The position numbers and the translations under genes are program-made. A DNA stretch of 64,000 nt from a virus (Duplodnaviria > Heunggongvirae > Uroviricota > Caudoviricetes), in IMG/VR virus record IMGVR_UViG_3300049215_000772, positions 64,001-128,000 of that record; one strand, written 5' to 3'. Within the stretch, counting starts at the first letter, position 1, and every line of letters starts with the position of its first letter. The notes beneath the pieces were generated by a model, which was given only the letters and a program-made list of their open reading frames with translations, searched no databases and was not told the DNA's origin. Positions 26,771 to 36,052 of this stretch are shown piece after piece.

Positions 26771-27099
26771 TGCAAGGTACAGAACGTATGCGGGTGAAAG
26801 TTGTCTCGATGGGCAACCCCATTGTTGACAAGAGAAAGCCTTGCAATATGCGGCCAGTTACGCTAGAAGGTATATTGGCGTATATTGAGAATACGGTGAG
26901 GGATGAGCGGGTGCGTGAGGAAGTCAAGAAGGCTGCCGTGGCATACCCGTATCAAGCCTTGCCTATGTTCGGGAAGAACATTCGCCAGCATATTGAACGG
27001 GCACAGAAAAAAATCGCTCTTACTCCAGTGAACAAGGGAGAACTCGGTGAAGAAGCGCCAGCCAAAGAAAGCATCAAATATGGAAAAGAAGTGTTCTAA
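26770..27099 (+). CDS. hypothetical protein
   Basis: TAATG overlap. Confidence 0.6.
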   Translation: MQGTERMRVKVVSMGNPIVDKRKPCNMRPVTLEGILAYIENTVRDERVREEVKKAAVAYPYQALPMFGKNIRQHIERAQKKIALTPVNKGELGEEAPAKESIKYGKEVF

Positions 27100-27553
27100 C
27101 AACAGGATTCCGGCTGACATCGTTCCAGATGACGCCATGTTCATTCCGATGTATAAAACGCCCGGCAGCGCCGCAGCGGACCTGGTAGCCAACATTGAGC
27201 CGGACGGCGCTGGTCGCCGAGAGATCAAGATCGGACCAGGCCACATTGTTACCATTGATTGCGGCTTCCGAATGGCCCTGAAGCCGGGCTGGGAAGTACA
27301 AATCCGTGCCCGTAGTGGACTAGCTCGCCAGGGCATTCAAGTCACCAACGGCATTGGCACCATCGACGAAGACTATCGTGGACGGGTGCAGGTGATTCTC
27401 AACAACGCTGGGCGTGAGATTGTCGTCATCAAACATGGTGACAGAATTGCTCAGGCGGCTCTCAAGCCAGTGTACTATTTCGCCTGGAATGTTGTTACTG
27501 AGTTGGATGATACCACTCGTGGGCAGGGTGGGTTCGGGAGTACCGGCAAGTGA
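27080..27553 (+). CDS. dut: trimeric dUTPase
   Basis: GSAAADL, RARSGLA, GTIDEDYRG, GDRIAQ, RGQGGFGSTG. Confidence 0.95.
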   Translation: MEKKCSNNRIPADIVPDDAMFIPMYKTPGSAAADLVANIEPDGAGRREIKIGPGHIVTIDCGFRMALKPGWEVQIRARSGLARQGIQVTNGIGTIDEDYRGRVQVILNNAGREIVVIKHGDRIAQAALKPVYYFAWNVVTELDDTTRGQGGFGSTGK

Positions 27554-27747
27554 TTAAGCCTGCAATAATGAACAAGGTGCGTGAAGCAATTCGCTCCTTG
27601 GAGGGTCAGGGCGTAGATTTGTCTACGGCGTCTCACGCATCCATTGTTCCGTTGTTGGATGACGCCAGGCTTGCGGCTATGGTGCTGAGTGTGTTCCGTG
27701 GATATACAACTGATGAGGACGTGCAATGGCATTTCGTGAGAAGATGA
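27550..27747 (+). CDS. hypothetical protein
   Basis: overlapping gene chain. Confidence 0.55.
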   Translation: MIKPAIMNKVREAIRSLEGQGVDLSTASHASIVPLLDDARLAAMVLSVFRGYTTDEDVQWHFVRR

Positions 27748-28049
27748 AAAATCCCTGGGTGAAGGAAAAAGCCAGTGATAAGCTGCGAGAACTTGTGGGC
27801 GAGAAGGACTTCTACGGTGGCAGGTTCCCACCAGATGGACAATGGTTTTCGACGGGTAGAAGGATCGAGCCTTGTTCGGTTTGCGGTTGCGAGTCGGTAA
27901 CTTTCGTACAAGAAGTTGATGAAAATAGCCCGCATCGCTTGTGCAAACGAGGCGGTCAGTGTATTTGGTTGTGCGAGAAGCACGAGAAGGAATACTACTA
28001 CCTGTGGAGAGACAATCATGTACGACGCAATCAACGAAGCGTTTCTTGA
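27744..28049 (+). CDS. Cys-rich (zinc-binding) hypothetical protein
   Basis: CSVC, C..., CxxxC..H. Confidence 0.6.
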   Translation: MKNPWVKEKASDKLRELVGEKDFYGGRFPPDGQWFSTGRRIEPCSVCGCESVTFVQEVDENSPHRLCKRGGQCIWLCEKHEKEYYYLWRDNHVRRNQRSVS

Positions 28050-28254
28050 GTTTGCTCTCACCTGCAAATTCATGATGAATCGTGGCTGGGAATTCGGCGA
28101 GATTAACTATGGTGAACGTAGGCTCGGCATCGGTTCTTCTTTGAAGATTCGACGAGGCGATGAGGAACACGATGTCTATTGCGCCGAGGACATGGCACAC
28201 ATCCTTGAAAAAGAGTGCTATGAAGAAGATCGAAAGAAATGGGAGAGTAGATGA
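28018..28254 (+). CDS. hypothetical protein
   Basis: GGAG RBS before ATG 28018. Confidence 0.55.
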   Translation: MYDAINEAFLEFALTCKFMMNRGWEFGEINYGERRLGIGSSLKIRRGDEEHDVYCAEDMAHILEKECYEEDRKKWESR

Positions 28255-28460
28255 AAGTATTTGCAGTGATTTCCGTCGCCCGACAGGTTGAGGGTGAATA
28301 TGTCGTTGTCAAGGTCGAGAAGGCGTTCCTTCAAGCATCAAAGGCAGACGAATATGCGAAATCCATCGCAAGATCATACACGGAATCCATCCCAACAGCA
28401 ACCGGCCCCATTCAATGTGTCTGTGAACGTGGGGTCTTCGAGATGGATATTGAAGAATGA
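28251..28460 (+). CDS. hypothetical protein
   Basis: ATGA overlap. Confidence 0.65.
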   Translation: MKVFAVISVARQVEGEYVVVKVEKAFLQASKADEYAKSIARSYTESIPTATGPIQCVCERGVFEMDIEE

Positions 28461-28479
28461 CACGTCCTAAAGGAGAACT

Positions 28480-29220
28480 ATGCCCGTATCAGAATTGGTT
28501 CCGCACAACCCACTAGAAGGTGAGCGGGCCGAAATAGCAATTCCGCTTCACGAGAACACAGCAGAACAGGTTTCCATCATCGTCGTCCACAAGGACCGCC
28601 CGGAATACTTGAATATCTGTCTTCAGTCGATTGCGGTCACATCTTACAACAACAACTACGAAATCATCGTAGTTGACAACAACAGTGGCAAAGATTCGCA
28701 GGCTTTCCTCAACGACATCGAGTCCGAGGTCAAGCTGGTGCGTAACGACAAGAATTTGTACTGGTCAGCCGCTTGTAACAAGGGCGTCCAGAAGGCAGAC
28801 AAAAACTCGAAGTACCTCGTGTTTCTGCACTCGGATGTTGTAATTACGAATCCAGCCTGGCTGGATGTGCTTATCAATGTTGCCGAGTCTAAAAATGCCG
28901 GCATGGTGGGGATTGACACTCAATCTTACATGATGGGCAGTCAAAAGGTAGAATTCATTCAGGAGTACATGCTTCTCATGACTCGTGAATGCTGGAATGA
29001 CATCGGCCCGTGGCCCGAACAGCTTCCGCTGGTCGGCAACGCCTTCGTCATGACCCTCAAGGCGCAGAACCTTGGGCACAGCCCACAGGTCATGAAGAAC
29101 CCCATCTGTCATCACTACAAGATATTCGGCATTGACATCAACGAATATGAACGCCTCACTGAGCAGGCAATGGTGACGATTCCTAAGTTGTTGTCTGATG
29201 TCAATTCGAGAGCAGTCTAA
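28480..29220 (+). CDS. glycosyltransferase family 2
   Basis: VSIIVVH, EIIVVDNNS, NKG, FLHSD. Confidence 0.85.
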   Translation: MPVSELVPHNPLEGERAEIAIPLHENTAEQVSIIVVHKDRPEYLNICLQSIAVTSYNNNYEIIVVDNNSGKDSQAFLNDIESEVKLVRNDKNLYWSAACNKGVQKADKNSKYLVFLHSDVVITNPAWLDVLINVAESKNAGMVGIDTQSYMMGSQKVEFIQEYMLLMTRECWNDIGPWPEQLPLVGNAFVMTLKAQNLGHSPQVMKNPICHHYKIFGIDINEYERLTEQAMVTIPKLLSDVNSRAV

Positions 29221-29423
29221 TGGCTAACTTCAAAATATACGAAGAAATGTTGACTGAATATAACTTCGTGGACGACTTTCAGAAGCCGAACGAGTTGTTC
29301 GAGGCGGAAGCCGACTCCCCTGATGAGGCTTATCGTCAATTTGTTGAACAATTCCCCCACAAGGCCCGCACGCAAGTTATTGTGAAGTCCGGTCGGCTTG
29401 AGAAGCGTTTCGGTCATGACTGA
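29220..29423 (+). CDS. hypothetical protein
   Basis: TAATG overlap. Confidence 0.55.
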   Translation: MANFKIYEEMLTEYNFVDDFQKPNELFEAEADSPDEAYRQFVEQFPHKARTQVIVKSGRLEKRFGHD

Positions 29424-29904
29424 CCTTGCCTTGGGGCACTTTGTTCTTGATGAAGGCCATCCATTCAGGGTGGTGGTAGATGATTAGCTTATGCTTGGCG
29501 TAACAGCAAGCATAAGACATGCAGAAGATTTCTTCGGGGTCTTGGTCCAGGGCGTCGGTCTTCTGAGTTTTTTCCACTTGTTTGGCGTGGGCGTTTTTTG
29601 TTTTCTTGACGAGATCGGCCCACTCCTTCTTGAGTTGTGGCGTCATCAGGTACTCGTAGACCAAGTGGGCAATTTCATGTAACGTCGTGAATTCACGTCC
29701 GTAATTCCACGGCGCAGCTACAGTGATCTTGTCCTTGTAGATCAGCCCAATGTTGCCTTTATCACCTTTCATGGTGTTGCCAGGCTGGTACTTGAACTTG
29801 TAACCATCAAGCAGTTTGGCGTGGCCTGCCGGCAACTTCCGAATCATGGCTGAGACATTTTCTTCTTCTTCGGTTTCCAGAAGGAAATCTTTGAATGTTG
29901 TCAT
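29377..29904 (-). CDS. zincin-like metallopeptidase with capsid-targeting-like N-terminus
   Basis: MTTFKDFLLE; TTLHEIAH (HExxH); downstream PEEIFC. Confidence 0.75.
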   Translation of the reverse strand: MTTFKDFLLETEEEENVSAMIRKLPAGHAKLLDGYKFKYQPGNTMKGDKGNIGLIYKDKITVAAPWNYGREFTTLHEIAHLVYEYLMTPQLKKEWADLVKKTKNAHAKQVEKTQKTDALDQDPEEIFCMSYACCYAKHKLIIYHHPEWMAFIKNKVPQGKVSHDRNASQADRTSQ

Positions 29905-29925
29905 GATGATATATAGCTGTAGAAT
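29898..29925 (+). promoter_or_regulatory. sigma70-like promoter for the downstream ncRNA
   Basis: TTGTCA-16 nt-TAGAAT. Confidence 0.5.
29910..29916 (-). promoter_or_regulatory. putative late promoter box CTATATA
   Basis: 5 nt before ATG 29904, no SD sequence. Confidence 0.5.
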
Positions 29926-29931
29926 GCAGTA

Positions 29932-30363
29932 AATCACGGCCCCGTCAGGGGAGGAGCCGATTGCCTCAAACATCGGGGTGGGTCAGACCAACCTTATCGG
30001 TTCGACGTAGTGTCCTCAACGTAATGAGGCGTGGCGTCCACTAGCCTAGAAAAGTGGATAGGTGACGAAACGACCGAAAACTGACGGAAAGCCCTTGGGA
30101 GCAGCAATCCCATACCGTGAGTAGGAATCTTTGTTGGTCATTACGAATCGTTCATTGCAGCACGTCCTATAGGACGAAGGAAGTTGAGGGTTATTTTGCC
30201 GCATAACCTTCAAAACCCAAGCTGGCTTCCTTCAAGTCTTGGGACCGGCCATCGGTAGTTCGACAGAGTAAGCCTTCCGAGAAAGTTGGCCTGGGCCTCC
30301 CAACCCTGTGATTAACTACGAGATTTCCGGTAAGCCCTGTGTGATAAACACAGGGCTTATTTT
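29932..30363 (+). ncRNA. unassigned structured RNA with two H-type pseudoknots (resembles the tmRNA mRNA-like domain)
   Basis: no long ORF; closing helices 29993-30000/30327-30334 and 30006-30011/30315-30320; pseudoknots at 30037-30063 and 30176-30243. Confidence 0.6.
30331..30363 (+). terminator. rho-independent terminator
   Basis: TAAGCCCTGTGT-GATAA-ACACAGGGCTTA-TTTT. Confidence 0.85.
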
Positions 30364-30406
30364 ATTCTGAGGGATATATACTTCTGAGCCAGCTACAGGA
30401 GGTAAC

Positions 30407-30976
30407 ATGGCACGGAAGATCATTTGCACCGTTCCTCAAGGTGCCATCAAGACAGAAGTTCTTGATGTAAGACAAAACACCAACTTTTCTTGCGGCGCTG
30501 CCGCACTTCATGCTGTTTGTGCATATTGGGGCGTCGGACCAGAAAGTGAATACGACTACATGAAGTCGCTTCACTCCGATCCCAGCATGGGTACGACCCC
30601 GCAACACATCATTGAATATGCAAAGCATCGTGGTTTGAAAGTTGATGCGAGGGATTGTATGACTGTTTTGGACCTGAAGACCCATCTCGACAAGGGCCGT
30701 CCCGTCATCGTTCTCATTCAGGCGTGGGGCGACAAGAAGCGCTATCGAGACTATGATGAGAATGGACACTATGTCGTGGCTATTGGCTACGACGATAAGC
30801 GAATTTACTTCGAGGAGCCTGTAATGTTGGGACACCGGGCATTTCTCACCTACAAGGAGTTCGACGAGCGTTGGCACGACGAGGACGCTTTTGGTAGGAA
30901 GTATATTCGTTATGGCATGGCTATGTGGAAGAAAGGAAAGCCGAGCCTGATTCATCAGGCAGAAAAGATCGGTTGA
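30407..30976 (+). CDS. C39-like papain-fold cysteine peptidase
   Basis: QNTNFSCGAAAL, GHYVVAIGYD, YFEEP. Confidence 0.85.
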   Translation: MARKIICTVPQGAIKTEVLDVRQNTNFSCGAAALHAVCAYWGVGPESEYDYMKSLHSDPSMGTTPQHIIEYAKHRGLKVDARDCMTVLDLKTHLDKGRPVIVLIQAWGDKKRYRDYDENGHYVVAIGYDDKRIYFEEPVMLGHRAFLTYKEFDERWHDEDAFGRKYIRYGMAMWKKGKPSLIHQAEKIG

Positions 30977-30990
30977 TACTTAACTACATC

Positions 30991-31176
30991 ATGCAACCAG
31001 TGTTAGACTCGATCAGACGCTTGTGGGAAGGGAACGGCTTCAGGATGGAGATCAAAGACGCTCCGAATGGAGCCGTGACCTTCGACAAGATGTTGATAGT
31101 ATTCAACGAATCCAACAAGATTCGCTCTCTGTATTTTTACTCTTCCAAAGAGGACAAAATCCTTGGGTGCTTCTAA
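30991..31176 (+). CDS. hypothetical protein
   Basis: short ORF, start moved to ATG 30991. Confidence 0.5.
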   Translation: MQPVLDSIRRLWEGNGFRMEIKDAPNGAVTFDKMLIVFNESNKIRSLYFYSSKEDKILGCF

Positions 31177-31187
31177 ATAAGGGTATC

Positions 31188-31880
31188 ATGGCAAAGAAAA
31201 ACACACCCGCAACGAAGTCCGAACACAAAGCAGGAGGCAAGCGGTCGGGTCCGTTCCACCTGGAATTTCTCAACCAGGCACAAAAAATGGCCTGGGGAGC
31301 CTTCGACCAACATGACGTACTTTTCCTTCTCGGCCCAGCGGGGTGTGGTAAAACGCACCTTGCTTGCGCTTTCGCCATCAGTGAACTTCTCGCCAAGAAG
31401 AAACGCAAGATCGTACTAACCCGCCCTATTGTGGAAGCCGGCGAAAGCCTTGGCTATTTGCCGGGCACGTTTGACGAGAAGGTGAATCCCTACATGATGC
31501 CGATGTATGATTGCATCGAGAAAATGCTCGGTCCCACCTATGATGGCAACTCGCAGCGGGAGCAAATTAACCGTGCGATGGAAGTGGCCCCGATAGCGTA
31601 TATGCGGGGTCGTACATTTGACAATGCCGTGTGTATCTTCGACGAGGCTCAAAATGCTACGAGGATGCAGTTGAAGCTGTTCATGACCCGTTTCGGCGTG
31701 AACTCCAAGATCATTATCACGGGCGACCCAATGCAAAGCGACATTCGTGACCCTGCTTTGATGGATGTCGTCAAGAAACTTGAGGATTTGCAGGGAATTG
31801 GGGTTATCCACTTCAAGGCCAATAGCATTGTGCGGCACCCGTTGATTGCCAACATCCTCGAAAGGCTGGAGGACAAGTAA
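31188..31880 (+). CDS. phoH: PhoH-like ATPase
   Basis: GPAGCGKT, RPIVEAGESLGYLPG, YMRGRT, DEAQN, GDPMQSD; CTAAATA at 31173-31179. Confidence 0.95.
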   Translation: MAKKNTPATKSEHKAGGKRSGPFHLEFLNQAQKMAWGAFDQHDVLFLLGPAGCGKTHLACAFAISELLAKKKRKIVLTRPIVEAGESLGYLPGTFDEKVNPYMMPMYDCIEKMLGPTYDGNSQREQINRAMEVAPIAYMRGRTFDNAVCIFDEAQNATRMQLKLFMTRFGVNSKIIITGDPMQSDIRDPALMDVVKKLEDLQGIGVIHFKANSIVRHPLIANILERLEDK

Positions 31881-32320
31881 TGTCTGCAAAAGTTACATCG
31901 AACGGAGAATACGCCAACAACTTACTGTTGTTGATTTTCAACGCTACGCCTTTTGCGAACATGGCGGATAACGCTGCTAGTAGTCCGTTTACGAACTTGT
32001 ACGTCAGCTTGCATACCGGCAGCCCCGGTGCTTCGGGCGATCAAACCACCAACGAGGCAACTTATGTTGGTTACTCTCGTGTTGCCGTGGCGAGAACTTC
32101 GGGCGGCTGGACTGTCACGGGTAATTCCGTCAGCCCAGCCTCGAACATTTTCTTCCCCCAGGCGACAGGTGGCTCGGAAACTGAAACTTTCTTTGGTATT
32201 GGTACTGCTTCTTCTGGCGCTGGACACCTTCTCTATTTCGGCGCACTCAGTCCTACAATTGCCGTCTCTAACGGAGTTACACCGGAAATTCAAACTGGTA
32301 CAGCCATCTCCGAAAGCTAA
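31880..32320 (+). CDS. virion structural protein (tail-associated family)
   Basis: LYVSLHTGSPG...EATY.GYSRVAV...FP.ATG...FGIG...G.LLYFGAL pattern seen in phage tail proteins. Confidence 0.7.
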   Translation: MSAKVTSNGEYANNLLLLIFNATPFANMADNAASSPFTNLYVSLHTGSPGASGDQTTNEATYVGYSRVAVARTSGGWTVTGNSVSPASNIFFPQATGGSETETFFGIGTASSGAGHLLYFGALSPTIAVSNGVTPEIQTGTAISES

Positions 32321-32330
32321 AGGAGGATGA

Positions 32331-34034
32331 ATGGCGATAGGTACAGCCTTCGGTGATAGCTCTGCCCTTGGCGTCGGAGCATCCATTGCTGCAAGTACGG
32401 GCGCAGCACCAGGCGATAGCACTGGTGTTGGCGTCGGTGCTTCCATTGCAAGTAGCACCGGCACGGCCCAGGGCACTAGCTCTGCCTTGGGCGTTGGAGC
32501 CGCAGTTGTTAGTTCTACAGGCACAGCCGAAGGCGATAGTTCCGCCTCCGGTGTTGGTGTTTGGAATCAGTTTTTCACTGCCAGCGGCGGCGCTAGTGTC
32601 GGCGGTAGCTCCCCATCAATAGTTTACTACACCTGGTTCATCACGGAAAGTTGGAACGTAAATGGCATCATTACGTTCTCGAAAACCTTCACATGGGATG
32701 ATGGCCAGCAGCCAATGAAGTGGTATAGGGTCGAGGGTTGCTGCCGTTATCCAACCGCAGCGGGTTCCGGTTTGCCGCCTCCAAACAACCAGCCAGGTGG
32801 TTGTAGTGTTCTTCCTTTCCAATCACAGGACAGCAAGTGTCAAGGTGCCCTGGGTCAGAATACGTTCATTCAGGTGATTGCCGCTCACAACTTGTCGGAA
32901 GTGTGTCAGATTCTTACCGCAATGAATTGGCAGTGGCCTATCTGCGGCATCTCCGTTTTCAGCACGCCAGCCGACAATAGGTTTGTCACGCCAGACATGA
33001 AATGCAACACGTTGACCGACCTACCGCAGCCAAACTGGTGCAGCTTGCCAGCCTGTCAGGAATTGTGTTTGCAGACCCACGGCATCACCGACATGGGGAT
33101 GAATGTCACGGGTGGTATCATCTTGTTCCAGTACACTGGCAATGGTGGTGTTCATGTTGGTGGTTCAGGAAGCTATGCTCCGCTTACAGGTGGAATTACC
33201 ACGGGTCCGAATTGGCAGTACAGGGGCAACGGCGGCGTGCATGTTGGCGGGTCTGCGCCAGCGGTAAACATTCCTAACCTTGGCTATATCAGCAATATGG
33301 GCATGGATGTAGAAGTTCAGGACTTGAGCGTGGTGTTTTCTACCATAACCGACACCAATCTGCCGGCTATTCCCACAGAAACGGGGACCGTGGGTACGAG
33401 TTGTTCTGGTTGTGACAACATGCCATTCGTGATGTCTTTGGTTACAAATCTGAACGAGGCGTCTGTGTTGGCCGAGTTTTGCACCAGGAATGCCATCGTG
33501 TTCCCAACGACCATGACAATGCACTATGTTGGTAGGACGGATGCTTGGGAGTCTTCTATCCATTTTACAGGCGTTGGCGACGACAACGATGGTACATTGG
33601 AGTATTGGCGTATCGTGATTGACTGGTCTTGTACCAACATCATCGCCGGCCAAGATTTAGGCAGTTACTTCTGGAAGCTGGGTTTGTCAACTTTGCGAAA
33701 AAAGCTGGGCACAGGTGAAACCTACAACACCAGGCTGATGTTGGTTTTCCCGCCTGGGACTATTTGTACAAGCAATCCAACTACTGGTTTTGATTTCAAG
33801 GTCACATTGGACACGCAGGCTTTGCAGGTTGCAACAAATGCTCCGGGTGTTGCCGCCCAGCAGATTGTGTTGTACGATAATATCGGGATGTTCACAACCC
33901 AAACCTGGGTGAACTCTCCTGATCTTGGTTTTGAAATATCGCAGAACCCTGTAGTTTCTGGTTTCATATCGCAGGACATTTCTTCGATATTCCCACAGCC
34001 AACACAGAACACTGGAACAGGAGTAACAGCATAA
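32331..34034 (+). CDS. large virion-type protein with Gly/Ala/Ser repeats and Cys-rich segments
   Basis: four 20-aa GTAxGDSSALGVGA repeats; three (Y/F)xGxGGxxVGGS motifs. Confidence 0.7.
   Translation: MAIGTAFGDSSALGVGASIAASTGAAPGDSTGVGVGASIASSTGTAQGTSSALGVGAAVVSSTGTAEGDSSASGVGVWNQFFTASGGASVGGSSPSIVYYTWFITESWNVNGIITFSKTFTWDDGQQPMKWYRVEGCCRYPTAAGSGLPPPNNQPGGCSVLPFQSQDSKCQGALGQNTFIQVIAAHNLSEVCQILTAMNWQWPICGISVFSTPADNRFVTPDMKCNTLTDLPQPNWCSLPACQELCLQTHGITDMGMNVTGGIILFQYTGNGGVHVGGSGSYAPLTGGITTGPNWQYRGNGGVHVGGSAPAVNIPNLGYISNMGMDVEVQDLSVVFSTITDTNLPAIPTETGTVGTSCSGCDNMPFVMSLVTNLNEASVLAEFCTRNAIVFPTTMTMHYVGRTDAWESSIHFTGVGDDNDGTLEYWRIVIDWSCTNIIAGQDLGSYFWKLGLSTLRKKLGTGETYNTRLMLVFPPGTICTSNPTTGFDFKVTLDTQALQVATNAPGVAAQQIVLYDNIGMFTTQTWVNSPDLGFEISQNPVVSGFISQDISSIFPQPTQNTGTGVTA
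32337..32560 (+). repeat. imperfect 60-bp (20-aa) tandem repeats
   Basis: recurring GGCGATAG..CT...G.GTTGG and TCCATTGC units. Confidence 0.7.
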
Positions 34035-34405
34035 TGTGGTTCGTTTACACGTTGCTTGTCATTGGTAGTATCGCTTCCATCGTCAATTTGGGGTTGTTGT
34101 TTGCGTTGGCGCTGTTCGTTGTAAGAAGTCGTGCCCGTCAGGATGAGTTCAATAGCGATCTCGTCATGATGATCTCAGGCTTCGAGCCGCCAGAAGAACC
34201 TGTTGTACAACCACAAATGATGCGGCCTAAGACCTGGGACGAGAAGTATGAAGAAGAATTGGCGTCTGTCGAACAACGAATGCGTGGTGACGCTGGGTTG
34301 ACGGATTTGCCGGAACCGAAAGCTACATTCGGCGAACCGCCAGCGGCCAACACGGAGGCACGAGAAGGATTGACCTTCCGTGATGCTGAGGGTAATATGC
34401 GGTGA
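34034..34405 (+). CDS. membrane protein
   Basis: long hydrophobic N-terminus. Confidence 0.7.
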   Translation: MWFVYTLLVIGSIASIVNLGLLFALALFVVRSRARQDEFNSDLVMMISGFEPPEEPVVQPQMMRPKTWDEKYEEELASVEQRMRGDAGLTDLPEPKATFGEPPAANTEAREGLTFRDAEGNMR

Positions 34406-34420
34406 TGAGGGGATATTCCC

Positions 34421-35446
34421 ATGAGCCGCATTATCAGGTACTCGAAATTCGAGAGCAAACGAAACTTCGGGGTTGAATTTGAAATCAACAACACGGTGCC
34501 CAAATACCGTATCAAGAACATCATCAAGTCTGTTTCCAACCGACAGATTCAGATGTCCTATTGGGGCAAGGACAACGGCAACACCTACTGGCACATCAAA
34601 GATGACTCTTCATGTGGACCGCAGGGTATGGACGGTCCCAGGGGCTTCGAGATAGCTTCCTACGTCGGCAGCGGCATTGATGACATCATTCATATGGCCG
34701 ATGTCGCCGACTTGCTGCAAGAAAAAAAAGTTGAAGTAACCCCTCACTGCGGCCTGCACATCCATGCCGATTGTTCCGATCTCACTGTTCTTCAAGTCGG
34801 TACAATCGTTGCGTATTGGTTGAAGATCGAATATATCCTGGGCATGGCACTTCCCCAGCGCCGGCGAGGGAATATCTTCTGCCGTTATATGCACCAGGGC
34901 TGTAACTGGCGGGTTGATCGACGAGCCAATTACACCGCCCAGCAAGTGTGGGATTTGTTCAAACCAGAAAACCTTTCCGAACAAGACAACGACGAACGGC
35001 GAGTCACGCTGAACCTGGTCAACTACGCCAGGGCAGTGTGGTACAAGTGGTACACCCGCAAAACCATTGAGCTACGCTGGCCCGAAGGTACGCTGGACGG
35101 GCGTAACATCAAGAACTGGTTGAGGTTATTTCTACACTTCATTGAAACCGTCAAAAACAAGCCGATGCCGGAACACACGGATCATTGCACTTCTTTGGCA
35201 GAAGCCCTCACCATTCTCGGTCTGCACCATTCCGACGATGAATTCCTGATCCTGAGTGAAGGATTGATGGATACGAAGACTTGGCTGCTGGAACGTATAT
35301 GGTACTTTCTGTATTGGGAGGGGGACCGATATGCCAGCAAGGAGAAGGAGCAATATAGCGCTGAGGCCCGGCGAATGCTCAACTATATGTGGACGCCGTT
35401 GGGCAAATACACTGTGGTCGAAGATATATACCCATACGACTTGTAA
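34421..35446 (+). CDS. putative amidoligase (COOH-NH2 ligase type 2)
   Basis: FGVEFEI, DDSS, FEIAS, CGLHIH, KTIELRWPEGTLD. Confidence 0.85.
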   Translation: MSRIIRYSKFESKRNFGVEFEINNTVPKYRIKNIIKSVSNRQIQMSYWGKDNGNTYWHIKDDSSCGPQGMDGPRGFEIASYVGSGIDDIIHMADVADLLQEKKVEVTPHCGLHIHADCSDLTVLQVGTIVAYWLKIEYILGMALPQRRRGNIFCRYMHQGCNWRVDRRANYTAQQVWDLFKPENLSEQDNDERRVTLNLVNYARAVWYKWYTRKTIELRWPEGTLDGRNIKNWLRLFLHFIETVKNKPMPEHTDHCTSLAEALTILGLHHSDDEFLILSEGLMDTKTWLLERIWYFLYWEGDRYASKEKEQYSAEARRMLNYMWTPLGKYTVVEDIYPYDL

Positions 35447-35509
35447 CGACGCATTACGTCACTTACAATACACTGACTACTTTCAACTACTAACCAACAA
35501 AGGACGAAA

Positions 35510-36028
35510 ATGACTGCGCACGCACTTATCACTGAAAACCTTCAATTTGCAAGAAACGTGGCCCGCCAGAAGTACGGAAAATATCCCTCCGTTTCCTACG
35601 ACGAAATCGAATCTGCTGCCTACATGGGGCTGGTCGAGGCTGCCCAAAAATACGACCCGGAACTGAATGATACTTTCCCTGGTTATGCGTATCCTCGCAT
35701 TGCTGGTGCGATTGGCGATTACGTCCGGGAACTGCAATGGGGCACACGAGCCAATCCAGTAGACCGAGAGGAGATCAACGAGGAGGTTGTTGGGAAGAAC
35801 AATTTGGCGGACGACGGCGAGTTCTTTGACAAGCTGACGTTCAACTTGAACAAAAGCAGCAAGACCGTGATGCGGTCTTACTATGTTGAGAACAAGAAGA
35901 TTCGTGAAATCGCCGAGGAGATGGGAGTCCACGAATCCAGGGTTTCGCAAGTTCTGTCTGAGTCACGCATGAAGTTGAAGGCATCTTGGCAGGACTACGA
36001 GTCCGAATTATGGGCCGAGGTCGCCTAA
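35510..36028 (+). CDS. RNA polymerase sigma factor, FliA/WhiG-like
   Basis: SAAYMGLVEAAQKYDP...FPGYAYPRIAGAIGDYVR; EIAEEMGVHESRVSQ. Confidence 0.9.
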   Translation: MTAHALITENLQFARNVARQKYGKYPSVSYDEIESAAYMGLVEAAQKYDPELNDTFPGYAYPRIAGAIGDYVRELQWGTRANPVDREEINEEVVGKNNLADDGEFFDKLTFNLNKSSKTVMRSYYVENKKIREIAEEMGVHESRVSQVLSESRMKLKASWQDYESELWAEVA

Positions 36029-36031
36029 ATA
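36025..36031 (+). promoter_or_regulatory. putative late promoter box CTAAATA
   Basis: at the apex of a GTCGCC/GGTGAC hairpin upstream of ORF 36053. Confidence 0.45.
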
Positions 36032-36052
36032 TGGGTGACAGGGAGGACTTGT

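Noticed and set aside
29932-30363. Canonical tmRNA or RNase P call
   Set aside because: No acceptor stem, T arm or CCA end, and no GAGGAAAGTCC / AGAACCCGGCTT P4 pair; kept only as an unassigned RNA
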